Notes: generated by a model not told the origin, from the letters alone. Counted from the first letter of the stretch, positions 34,098 through 42,595 are shown. The stretch: DNA of 42,595 bases from Candidatus Thalassarchaeaceae archaeon (GCA_963577905.1 CAUYZR010000002.1:1-42595), one strand, 5' to 3'. A program made the numbers and translations.

Positions 34098-36089
34098 ATG
34101 AACCCATTTCACGATTATTATGGTATAGAATGGTATCTAATATTACTGGCCTGGTCTGCAATAGCCCTTGGCTCACATTTTTACCAAGTTGGATTTGTCG
34201 TCAGGTTGATTCGCCTCGGAAAAGATGATGATCGTTTCAATTCATGGAAACAGCGATTAACCGAGTTCTTGAGAGATTGGTTAGGCCAACGCAAAGTCGT
34301 TCAGGATAAGGTAGCAGGTTACGCACATGCACTGATCTTCTGGGGTTTCTTACTGCTAATGAGTGATATTGTAGATCTAGGAACTGGTGGACTCTTGCAG
34401 GCATTTCTCAGTAATATCCAGTTAGATGGCATTTGGAACCTGATAGTGGACCTGGGGTACGCCATGGCCACGATAGGAATCCTAATCGCCTTATATCGTA
34501 GAATAATAATCAGACCAGCAAAACTGAAAGGTGCAAGTATAGAAGGTCCCTTGATCCTACTGGCAATTCTGGGAATCGTGCTGACGGCTTTTATTGTGGA
34601 AGCTGGAAATATGATAGGTGAAGAGACCAAGTACAATAGATGGGAACCAATAGGTGTCCTTTTCGCAAAGCAAATGGATGGTATGGATCATGCCACAATA
34701 GCCCGTATGGTTGACATTAGCTACTGGATACACATGATTCTGATAGGGGGGTTTTTGATTGAGATTCCTCAAACCAAACATTCTCACATAATTGGTACTA
34801 TTCCAAACGTGATGTTCCAGGACCACGAACCAATGGGAACCATGATTCCGCTACAGACCAATGAAAATAATGAGGCCGTGAAGACCGATGATTTAGACTT
34901 TGATAATCTGACACTGGGTGTTAACAAATTCGCAGACTTTACCTGGAGGCAATTATCCGATGGATGGGCCTGTACTGCATGTGCCCGATGCCAGGATGTC
35001 TGTCCAGCCTATAAGAGTGGCAAGACCTTGAACCCCATGCAGATCGTGTTGGATGTCAAGGACTATGGAAGAGAACATAGTTCTCTTCTCTTGGCTGGAG
35101 ACGAACCTAAAGAGTCAATAATTGACAGATTCACACCGGATGCGATCTGGGCTTGTACCACTTGTTACGCCTGTGTCGAAGCCTGTCCGGTCCATATCGA
35201 ACATGTTCCCAAACTTACAGACGCGAGAAGGCACCTAGTAATGGAAGCAGCTGATTTTCCTGAGGAATTACAGAACTTGTTCAACAATCTGGAAAGAAAT
35301 TCCAATCCTTGGGGATTCGGGGCTCATACAAGGGCAGACTGGGCTGAAGGTTTGGACCTGAAAATAGGCGAACCTGCAGAATATCTGTTCTTTGTTGGAT
35401 GTGCTGGTTCTTTCGACGATAGGAATAAAAAGGTTTCAAGGGCAACAGCCAAGCTTCTGAAGGAGGCTGGAGTTGACTTTTCAATACTTGGGGAAATGGA
35501 GACGTGTAATGGCGATCCGGCACGGAGGGCTGGGAACGAATTCCTGTTCCAGATGTTGGCGGAAACGAATGTTGATAACCTAAATTCCGTGGGAACACTG
35601 AAGATCATCACGGCTTGTCCACATTGTTTCCATACTATAGGAAAAGAATATGAGAAATATGGTGGAAAATACGAAGTTTATCATCATTCTCAGGTATTGA
35701 ATAAACTACGCCAAGAAGAGAAGCTCAAAATCAGGGACTTCGAGGATAAAGTAACTTTCCATGATCCTTGCTACTTGGGAAGGATTGGGGGTGAGACTGA
35801 GGCTCCAAGGGGTGCACTTGGAGGAGATCTTATTGAAATGGAAAGGCATGGAACTAATTCGTTCTGCTGTGGGGGTGGTGGTGCCAGAATATGGATGGAA
35901 GAAGACGCCGATAAGAGAGTTAACGAAATAAGGGCAAAGGAAGCATCAAAAACAGGCGCCGACTGCGTTGCAGTAGGATGTCCTTTCTGTATGACCATGA
36001 TGAGCGATGGTCTGAAGAGTATTGGCGATGATAAGCAAGTTAAGGACATCTCAGAAATAATGTTAGAGAACCTAGAGGCAAAAACATGA
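34098..36089 (+). CDS. Membrane-anchored Fe-S oxidoreductase (NarI-like TM domain, 2x[4Fe-4S], two CCG domains; HdrD/GlpC/EtfD-like)
   Basis: 663 aa with an N-terminal part of about 5 TM helices. Ferredoxin motifs are CTACARCQDVCP and CTTCYACVEACP. CCG-domain cysteines are ETCNGD...CPHCF and SFCCGGGG...GCPFCMTM. There is a 4-nt overlap with etfB. Confidence 0.8.
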   Translation: MNPFHDYYGIEWYLILLAWSAIALGSHFYQVGFVVRLIRLGKDDDRFNSWKQRLTEFLRDWLGQRKVVQDKVAGYAHALIFWGFLLLMSDIVDLGTGGLLQAFLSNIQLDGIWNLIVDLGYAMATIGILIALYRRIIIRPAKLKGASIEGPLILLAILGIVLTAFIVEAGNMIGEETKYNRWEPIGVLFAKQMDGMDHATIARMVDISYWIHMILIGGFLIEIPQTKHSHIIGTIPNVMFQDHEPMGTMIPLQTNENNEAVKTDDLDFDNLTLGVNKFADFTWRQLSDGWACTACARCQDVCPAYKSGKTLNPMQIVLDVKDYGREHSSLLLAGDEPKESIIDRFTPDAIWACTTCYACVEACPVHIEHVPKLTDARRHLVMEAADFPEELQNLFNNLERNSNPWGFGAHTRADWAEGLDLKIGEPAEYLFFVGCAGSFDDRNKKVSRATAKLLKEAGVDFSILGEMETCNGDPARRAGNEFLFQMLAETNVDNLNSVGTLKIITACPHCFHTIGKEYEKYGGKYEVYHHSQVLNKLRQEEKLKIRDFEDKVTFHDPCYLGRIGGETEAPRGALGGDLIEMERHGTNSFCCGGGGARIWMEEDADKRVNEIRAKEASKTGADCVAVGCPFCMTMMSDGLKSIGDDKQVKDISEIMLENLEAKT

Positions 36090-36847
36090 ACATAGTAGTG
36101 TTAATCAAGATGGTTCCGGACACGGAATCCAGATTAGAAATCATAGATGGAAAAGTCAAAGAGGACAGATTCAAGTACATGGTCAATCCATACGACGAAT
36201 TCGCAGTGGAACAGGCAGTTCAATTCAAAGAAGCCATAGGTGGAAAAGTAACGTTAATCAGCTTGTTCTCTGACAATGCTAGCATAGATACCGATCTGAG
36301 AAAGATGATGGCCATTGGAGCTGATGAGACCATAGTTCTCAGGCAACAAGAATATAGTGGCAACAAACCTTCGTCAAATGCAAGGATATTATCTGAAACT
36401 GTCAAGGAACTGGATGCCGATCTGATTATGTGTGGTGTTCAGGGCATAGACTACTACCAAGCCGCAACAGGACCAATGATCGCACACTTTCTTGGAGTAC
36501 CACACATATCAGGTGTGACCAATCTGAAATTAAGTGGTGATAAACTAACCGCAAGCAGACAAATTGAAGGTGGTTTACAGATAATTGAGACTCCAACCCC
36601 GGTGTTGATTACATGCCAGAAGGACATGACCAAAGTAAGATTCCCGGCCTTGAAAGATATCATGATGTCTAAAAGAAAACCATTTGACAATCGTACACTT
36701 GGTTCTGAAGCAGGAAACGATGTACAAACCACTGAATGTTCTCTACCGCCCGCAAGAGGTGGAGGTGTGATTCTGGAAGGAGAGGGTCCGGAAGAGAAGG
36801 TCGACAAATTAATAGAAAAATTAAGGATGGAGGCTAAGGTACTATGA
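36086..36847 (+). CDS. etfB: Electron transfer flavoprotein beta subunit
   Basis: 253 aa with MNIVVLIKMVPDTESRLEI and DLIMCGVQGIDYYQAATGPMIA, typical of EtfB. Confidence 0.9.
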   Translation: MNIVVLIKMVPDTESRLEIIDGKVKEDRFKYMVNPYDEFAVEQAVQFKEAIGGKVTLISLFSDNASIDTDLRKMMAIGADETIVLRQQEYSGNKPSSNARILSETVKELDADLIMCGVQGIDYYQAATGPMIAHFLGVPHISGVTNLKLSGDKLTASRQIEGGLQIIETPTPVLITCQKDMTKVRFPALKDIMMSKRKPFDNRTLGSEAGNDVQTTECSLPPARGGGVILEGEGPEEKVDKLIEKLRMEAKVL

Positions 36848-37767
36848 GCACTGTAGTTTTGGTCGGTGAAACTGATGGTAATGGAATAAAAGACGTCTCA
36901 CAACAAGTTGCGGGAGTTGCAGCCGGGATGGGTGAAGTCATAGGATTAGTCATCGGTAAGAATGTTGCAGAGTCTGCAATGAAACTAGCTGCGGGAAAGG
37001 TAGTAATTGCAGATGATGAGGGATTGGAATATTATGATCCTGTGAAATATGCTTCAATTGTTTCTCAGGTCGTTCAAAAGAGCGATGCCACCAAAGTATT
37101 GATGGGGGCAACCACGATGGGTAAGGACCTGGGCCCAAGGGTAGCTGCCGAACTAGGGTGGGGATATCTGGGTGATTGTCTGGAGGCCAGTAGTGAAGGA
37201 TTCGTCAGACCTGATTTTGCAGGTAAAGTCCTTGCCAGATCTAAACCGGAGGGTCCACTAGTTGCAAGCATACGTAACAATGCATATCCTATGGGTGAAT
37301 CCTGGTCAGGTAGTGTCGAGAATTTCTCAGGAAACATACCCGATTCAACCCTTAATACAATCTCTATTGAAAAAATAGGTAAAGGTACTATTGAATTAAC
37401 GGAAGCTAACATCATTGTTAGTGGTGGACGAGGACTGGAAAGTCCGGAGAATTATGAGACGTTGATACGACCTCTGGCCGCAACAATGGGAGCTGCTGCC
37501 GGAGCAAGCAGGGCAATAGTTGATGCTGGATGGGTACCACATTCACACCAGGTTGGTCAGACCGGTAAGACTGTGACCCCTGACCTCTATCTGGCAATAG
37601 GTATCTCTGGTGCTATTCAGCACCTGGGTGGAATGAGTGGATCAAAATTTATTGCAGCAATAAATAAGGATCCTGAGGCCCCCATATTCAAGGTGGCTGA
37701 TTATGGAATTGTAGGTGATTTATTCGAAATCGTACCGGTCCTAAAAACAAAACTGGAAAAACTTTAG
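36844..37767 (+). CDS. etfA: Electron transfer flavoprotein alpha subunit
   Basis: 307 aa with VSGGRG and the FAD-binding block QVGQTGKTVTPDLYLAIGISGAIQHLGGM. There is a 4-nt overlap with etfB. Confidence 0.9.
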   Translation: MSTVVLVGETDGNGIKDVSQQVAGVAAGMGEVIGLVIGKNVAESAMKLAAGKVVIADDEGLEYYDPVKYASIVSQVVQKSDATKVLMGATTMGKDLGPRVAAELGWGYLGDCLEASSEGFVRPDFAGKVLARSKPEGPLVASIRNNAYPMGESWSGSVENFSGNIPDSTLNTISIEKIGKGTIELTEANIIVSGGRGLESPENYETLIRPLAATMGAAAGASRAIVDAGWVPHSHQVGQTGKTVTPDLYLAIGISGAIQHLGGMSGSKFIAAINKDPEAPIFKVADYGIVGDLFEIVPVLKTKLEKL

Positions 37768-37804
37768 AGATAACTGTTATAAGGGGCTGTAATATTACCG
37801 CCCA

Positions 37805-37993
37805 GTGGCGTCGGAATCAGATGAGATAAAGAAGCTTCAGGAGACGATTTCGGAGCTTCAGGTTGAACTTAGATTTTTACAGGAAACTGTCGGTGTTCTG
37901 ATGGGGGCCATGATGGAAGAAGGTGACTCCGAGGAATTCTTTGGTAACGGTGAAACTGGAAACCCAACGTTCCGGCTTAACATGGGAATGTAA
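37805..37993 (+). CDS. Hypothetical small coiled-coil/acidic protein
   Basis: 62-aa ORF with a GTG start and heptad-like IKKLQETISELQVELRFLQETV. No motif recognised. Confidence 0.3.
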   Translation: MASESDEIKKLQETISELQVELRFLQETVGVLMGAMMEEGDSEEFFGNGETGNPTFRLNMGM

Positions 37994-38010
37994 TTTTATT
38001 TTGGCAAAGT

Positions 38011-38020
38011 CTATATACAA
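38011..38020 (+). promoter_or_regulatory. TATA-box-like element (CTATATACAA) upstream of tRNA-Asp
   Basis: An A/T-rich box preceded by purine-rich AAAG (BRE-like). It is centred about 26 nt upstream of tRNA position 1, the canonical archaeal spacing. Confidence 0.4.
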
Positions 38021-38041
38021 AGTGCTCTGGTCAGCCATCGC

Positions 38042-38119
38042 GCTCGCGTGGTGTAGCCTGGCCTATCATCTCAGCCTGTCGAGCTGAGGACCCGGGTTCA
38101 AATCCCGGCGCGGGCGCCA
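38042..38119 (+). tRNA. tRNA-Asp (anticodon GTC), CCA encoded
   Basis: Hand-folded cloverleaf. The acceptor stem is GCTCGCG/CGCGGGC (with U3-G70 wobble). The D arm is GTGT..TCAT with an AGCCTGGCCTA loop. The anticodon stem is TCAGC/GCTGA with loop CTGTCGA (U33, GTC, G37). The variable loop is 4 nt and the T arm is CCGGG-TTCAAAT-CCCGG. The discriminator is G, followed by CCA and then TTTT. Confidence 0.9.
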
Positions 38120-38176
38120 TTTTACTAGACCTAACTGATATAATCATACGTATCACTGCAGGATTGGATTTATCGT

Positions 38177-41100
38177 ATGCGCGGGAAGAAATATCAGGCA
38201 CTGATTGTTACAATCTTGCTACTTACAGCATTGCCTTATTCCCCTTTTCTTTCAAGAGCCTCGAGCATAGAAAAGGATCTATTAGCTGAGAATGATCTCG
38301 ATGGCGATGGAATCCCCGATTCTCCTTTCAGAGATAGTGATGGGGATGGATTATCTGACGATTACGAAATATCTTTGGGGTTTGATCCCAATGATTTTGA
38401 CATGGATGGGGATGGCATCTCTGATCTGGCTGAAATGGATTTCTGGAACGATCTGGTAAATGAGGATTTCGTACCTCCTAATATGGAAGATTTGTACAAT
38501 TGCGAAGGAGATTTAGATGGAGACGGGATTAGCAACTGTATGGATCCTGATGCTGATGGAGATGGTATTTCAGACATGGAGGAGATGAAAGATACTGATC
38601 TTGACGGCATCCCCGATATGTATGAGAATATGATTAGTCATCTTGATCCCAATAATCCAGACAGTGATGGTGATGGAATTCCAGATATGGATGATGATGA
38701 TCCGCCATTACCCTCATGGGCTGAGGATATGGCCAAAAATAATGACTGGACGCCTCAACCAGACGCTAATGGTGTAGCTGGAGGATTGGAAGGTTTCTAC
38801 CCTCTAGCTATGCTTATGGCTGTTAAATTTACAGTCACCTGTGATAACTGTGAAGAGCCAACTGCAAATCCACAATATTGGAGAACAGCTGCCAAAGACA
38901 TCTATGACAATGGATACGACTCTGCAACGAACACTTACACGAGAAGCCAGTGGTGTCCTGCACCAGGATGCGAACAGTATGATATTGTGTCGGGAATAGA
39001 TTCTGACCCTGGTTATTGGTATACTGGATCACCCGAATACAGTTATGACTATCTGGTTACACATCCCGAAATAACTAGTGAACAGTTTGAATATACTGTA
39101 AATTGGATAATGCCGGCTCAGGGATATCTATCGACAGCGTTGTACACCAATTCAGTATTCATCAGTAATCCCGTCACAATGGACAGTGCGTTCAATCTAC
39201 AAGTCGACGGCTATGCTCAAAGTTATTCTTTTACAATGACAGAGTACAACATACCTGACTCTGTAAAACAGGCGGCTAATGCTCCATCTGATTTTTCGCC
39301 ACAACTGGTGGAATTACCCAATTTTCCCATCAGACCAGGTCCAGATAATGATGTTTACGATCTGGCAGCGTCCATAACAGCCGGAAAAACAACCGATTAC
39401 GAAAAGGCCGAAGCGATAATGTATTATCTCAGAAACAATTATTACTACGATATTAACGGCACATTAACACCAGATGACCATGATTTTGTCGACTACTTCT
39501 TGTTTGAGAATTCTGCCATGTCTGGCAAATGTACTAACTTTGCGGCTGCTTTTACGGTATTATCCCGATTAAATGGTATACCTTCAAGATATATAGAAGG
39601 TAATGGGCCTGGGGACATAGTAACTCCGGAGAGCTGGGAAAGCAGTGGCTACGGAGAGAGTACTGGTTACTCGATAGAGGAAGACACCAGAGTTGTCACT
39701 ATGCTGAATGGACACGCATATGCTGAAGTCTTGTTCGATGGCCTGGGATGGTTAACTTTCGAACCAACATCCTCGACACAGTGCCCAACCTGCGACATGA
39801 ATGCTGCCATCACCACTGGTGAGGATGACAATGTAGAAGGTAATGGTACGCAACCTGGAACGGACTATGAAATAAATGATAGCGATGGGGACGGACTCAG
39901 TGATGAATACGAAGCTGGGATAGGGACTGACCCCTACGAAGTAGACTCCGATGGGGATGGTCTGTGGGACGGAGTTGAAACTAATTCAGGAACTTTTGTT
40001 GCCATTGATTCAGATACAGGAACCAATCCTCTTACTGACGATTCGGATAATGATGGTTTGAAGGATAATGAGGAGATTTTATGCCTACTCTATACCCTAA
40101 GTGGAATCAAATTCTGTTCACATCCCTTGGACTCCGACTCAGATAATGATGGATTGACTGATGGTGAGGAATACTACACCCATGGTACGAATCCTATTGA
40201 CAACGACAGTGATGGTGATGGATTGACAGATGGACTGGAAGTTGGAGTGGATGGGGATATTTGGGAAAATGAGTACAATTTAGCGACTTGTACAAACAAA
40301 GGTGGAGCTGTAATCACAAATTGTAATGTGGATTGGCAACCTGATGAGAACAGTACCTCGACAACCGACCCTCTGGAACAAGACACGGACAGGGATGGAA
40401 TCGATGATGGAGTAGAGGACATTAATGCAAATGGTAAACTGGATGAAGGAGAAACCGATGGAAACATGAGTGATACTGATGGTGGGGGGCGAAGCGATTC
40501 AGAGGAACTGTTTGCTGATTCAACAGATCCAAGAGATCCAGAGGATGATGTTAGAGATTCCGACGACGATGGAATTGATGATCTGGTGGAGGATACAAAT
40601 TGCATATATGGAATAAATAAAAACACATGTACTAATTCTACAATGAGTGATACTGATGGAGATACAATAAGTGATTACGACGAAATTTCTAATTGCATAT
40701 ATGGTACAAATAATAATGAATGTACCGATCCAACTCTTGATGATACTGATGGAGATACAATAAGTGATTACGACGAAATTGACAATTGTATTTATGGGGG
40801 AAATAATGATGAATGTACCGATCCAAACCTTATTGATACTGACGAGGGGGGGGCCAATGATGTTTTGGAAATTTTTACCGATTTTACAGATCCACTAAAT
40901 AAAACTGATGATATACAACAAGCTGATAGAGATGATGATGATGATGGATTAAAAAATAGTGAGGAGGACATAAACGGAAATGGAATTTTTGAACCTGGAC
41001 TTGGGGAAACTGATCCACATGATAACGATACAGATAATGATGGATTAAATGATGGAGAAGAAGAAGTTCAAGGTACTAATCCAAATGACCCCGATTCAGA

Positions 41101-42595
41101 TGATGACGGATTAGATGATGGGGAGGAAATTTACAATACAACTTGGGGACCTACCGATCCACTTGTGGCCGACTCTGACAAGGATGATTTGAATGATGGG
41201 GACGAAGTTATTACACACGGGACTAATCCAAACGTAAAAGATACTGATGGGGATGGAATACATGACGGGGAAGAAGTTGATACTTGTGATTATGGTGAGG
41301 ATGAGAATTTATGTACCGATCCAACAGAAACTGACTCTGATTTTGATGGTTTGAGTGACAGTGAAGAAATTAGTACGTGGGTCACAGATCCAATGGATAC
41401 TGACACTGACGATGATGGATTAGGAGACGGTACAGAAGTGAATAATTGCATATATGGTTCAGACGGAGAACAATGCACTAGTCCAATTCTTGTTGATTCA
41501 GATGGTGATGAAATTGATGACTTTACTGAGATTGATAATTGCATATATGGTGAAGACAGCGATGAATGTACGGATCCAACAAAATCTGATTCTGACAATG
41601 ACGGACTAAATGATTGGAATGAAATTTACAATACAACTTGGGGACCTACCGATCCACAAGACCTTGATACAGACGATGGAGGGCAGAAAGACGGAAATGA
41701 AGTCATTGTTGATGGTACCGATCCCAATAATGGAGCAGATGACGACCTGACTTCCTTTGATGACGACAATGATGGACTAACAAATGGAGAGGAGGAGAAT
41801 ATGTATTTCACTGATCCAGACAATCCAGATAGTGATAACGATGGTCTGAAGGATGGTGATGAAGTCAATAATTGGACCAGTAATCCGAACAAAAAAGATT
41901 CCGACTATGATGGAATAGAGGACGGAGACGAAACTACAAATTGTGTTTATGGAGAGGATGAGGATGAGTGTACCAGTCCAATTGATGATGATTCTGATAA
42001 TGACGGATTGAAAGACGGGGATGAAGTTAATAATTGGACCAGTGATCCAAAAAACACTGATACTGATGATGATGGTTTAAGTGATTCTACCGAAGTTAAC
42101 AATTGCAATTATGGTGAGGATGAGAATGAATGTACCAGTCTGATAGATAATGACTCCGATGATGACACGTTAAATGATGGAAATGAAATTGGGACTCACT
42201 TCACAGACCCAATGGATTATGATAGTGATGATGATGGACTAAATGATGGTACTGAAGTCAGCGAGTGCTTTTATGGTGAAGACAACAATGAATGTACTGA
42301 TCCAAACATCGAGGACTCTGATGGAGACACCATAAATGATTGGAATGAAGTAAACTTTTATGGTTCGGATCCAAGAGATACTGATACTGATGATGATGGT
42401 TTGGGAGATGGAGTAGAGGTATCTAATTGCATATATGGTGAAGACAATGATGAATGTACTGATCCAATAAATGATGACTCTGACTCTGATGGGATAAATG
42501 ACAATGTAGAAATTTTCAATTGTATCTATGGAGAAACTGATGAAGAATGTACCGATCCAAAAGATGGAGATTCCGATAATGATGACGTAGGAGAC
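38177..42595 (+). CDS. Giant secreted/surface protein, first 1473 codons (3' end beyond window): signal/anchor, TSP3-like Ca-binding repeats, transglutaminase-like Cys-protease core, long Cys-pair/TSP3 repeat array
   Basis: Not in the ORF track because no stop is reached; I translated it by hand. The N-terminus is MRGKKYQALIVTILLLTALPYS. DxDGDGIxD repeats cover 38290-38700. The transglutaminase-like triad context is SGKCTNFAAAFTVLSRLNGIPSRYIEG (Cys codon 39530-39532), NGHAYAEV (His 39713-39715) and GWLTFEPT (Glu 39761-39763). Every repeat Cys codon I checked is in this frame. Confidence 0.85.
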   Translation, partial: MRGKKYQALIVTILLLTALPYSPFLSRASSIEKDLLAENDLDGDGIPDSPFRDSDGDGLSDDYEISLGFDPNDFDMDGDGISDLAEMDFWNDLVNEDFVPPNMEDLYNCEGDLDGDGISNCMDPDADGDGISDMEEMKDTDLDGIPDMYENMISHLDPNNPDSDGDGIPDMDDDDPPLPSWAEDMAKNNDWTPQPDANGVAGGLEGFYPLAMLMAVKFTVTCDNCEEPTANPQYWRTAAKDIYDNGYDSATNTYTRSQWCPAPGCEQYDIVSGIDSDPGYWYTGSPEYSYDYLVTHPEITSEQFEYTVNWIMPAQGYLSTALYTNSVFISNPVTMDSAFNLQVDGYAQSYSFTMTEYNIPDSVKQAANAPSDFSPQLVELPNFPIRPGPDNDVYDLAASITAGKTTDYEKAEAIMYYLRNNYYYDINGTLTPDDHDFVDYFLFENSAMSGKCTNFAAAFTVLSRLNGIPSRYIEGNGPGDIVTPESWESSGYGESTGYSIEEDTRVVTMLNGHAYAEVLFDGLGWLTFEPTSSTQCPTCDMNAAITTGEDDNVEGNGTQPGTDYEINDSDGDGLSDEYEAGIGTDPYEVDSDGDGLWDGVETNSGTFVAIDSDTGTNPLTDDSDNDGLKDNEEILCLLYTLSGIKFCSHPLDSDSDNDGLTDGEEYYTHGTNPIDNDSDGDGLTDGLEVGVDGDIWENEYNLATCTNKGGAVITNCNVDWQPDENSTSTTDPLEQDTDRDGIDDGVEDINANGKLDEGETDGNMSDTDGGGRSDSEELFADSTDPRDPEDDVRDSDDDGIDDLVEDTNCIYGINKNTCTNSTMSDTDGDTISDYDEISNCIYGTNNNECTDPTLDDTDGDTISDYDEIDNCIYGGNNDECTDPNLIDTDEGGANDVLEIFTDFTDPLNKTDDIQQADRDDDDDGLKNSEEDINGNGIFEPGLGETDPHDNDTDNDGLNDGEEEVQGTNPNDPDSDDDGLDDGEEIYNTTWGPTDPLVADSDKDDLNDGDEVITHGTNPNVKDTDGDGIHDGEEVDTCDYGEDENLCTDPTETDSDFDGLSDSEEISTWVTDPMDTDTDDDGLGDGTEVNNCIYGSDGEQCTSPILVDSDGDEIDDFTEIDNCIYGEDSDECTDPTKSDSDNDGLNDWNEIYNTTWGPTDPQDLDTDDGGQKDGNEVIVDGTDPNNGADDDLTSFDDDNDGLTNGEEENMYFTDPDNPDSDNDGLKDGDEVNNWTSNPNKKDSDYDGIEDGDETTNCVYGEDEDECTSPIDDDSDNDGLKDGDEVNNWTSDPKNTDTDDDGLSDSTEVNNCNYGEDENECTSLIDNDSDDDTLNDGNEIGTHFTDPMDYDSDDDGLNDGTEVSECFYGEDNNECTDPNIEDSDGDTINDWNEVNFYGSDPRDTDTDDDGLGDGVEVSNCIYGEDNDECTDPINDDSDSDGINDNVEIFNCIYGETDEECTDPKDGDSDNDDVGD
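39880..42595 (+). repeat. In-frame coding repeat array (Asp-rich DxDxDG-L-x-DG-EE units interleaved with NC[IV]YG...ECT[DS]P units)
   Basis: There are dozens of D-S/T-D-x-D-G-L-x-D-G-x-E units. Exact DNA duplicates occur at 40649-40687 = 40742-40780 (39 nt) and at 41126-41162 = 41621-41657 (37 nt). Confidence 0.9.

Noticed and set aside
38042-38119. G-U pair at acceptor position 3:70 suggesting tRNA-Ala identity
   Set aside because: The orientation is U3-G70, not G3-U70, and the anticodon loop unambiguously reads CU-GUC-GA (Asp).
40174-40626. Ser-rich minus-strand ORFs (this one, plus 38362-38610, 41290-41598 and 41626-41892)
   Set aside because: They are antisense reading of GAT/GAC/GGA-rich Asp/Gly repeat codons of the giant plus-strand gene. 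The Ser/Pro-rich low-complexity translation is the expected mirror artefact.

Overview
Gene-dense 42.6 kb chromosomal segment (about 40 CDS on both strands, one tRNA). There are many 1-8 nt start/stop overlaps indicating operons. I found no rRNA, CRISPR array, transposase or integrase. All functional calls come from motifs read by eye in the supplied translations or my own hand translations; no database search was possible. The source is most likely a marine planktonic euryarchaeon of the Thermoplasmatota (MGII/MGIII-like). Evidence for this: a PGF-CTERM sorting signal, an HTH-fused CTP-type archaeal riboflavin kinase, a geranylgeranyl reductase, TATA-like boxes about 25 nt upstream of starts, acidic proteins, and giant Asp-rich surface proteins. 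Content in order: nadE (partial) divergent from a C-N hydrolase; geranylgeranyl reductase; a coupled GATase(C26)/PqqB-like/SAM-methyltransferase operon; class V PLP enzyme; LysE exporter; Zn-ribbon membrane protein. Next is an AT-rich GT4 glycosyltransferase plus mini-lipoprotein cassette bracketed by two 138-bp direct repeats. Then tmk; a coupled small-Cys4/GNAT/short CysRS-like operon; an M14 carboxypeptidase with Asp-rich insertions; an NSS symporter; grpE-dnaK followed by a Zn-ribbon/SHOCT protein instead of dnaJ. Then aminotransferase, msrA, ZIP and EamA transporters. The Liv-type ABC system is unusual: a tandem-duplicated, PGF-CTERM-anchored binding protein and a 1429-aa fused LivH-linker-LivM permease with a triple 76-aa TM-hairpin repeat. 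Then YkgJ-like protein, riboflavin kinase/regulator, membrane Fe-S oxidoreductase plus etfBA, and tRNA-Asp. Last is the first 1473 codons of a giant transglutaminase-like/TSP3-repeat surface protein carrying a recurrent Cys-pair module. The items most worth follow-up are the 138-bp repeat-bracketed cassette, the GNAT plus truncated-CysRS-like operon (MshD/MshC-like logic), the fused Liv permease, and the giant repeat protein.
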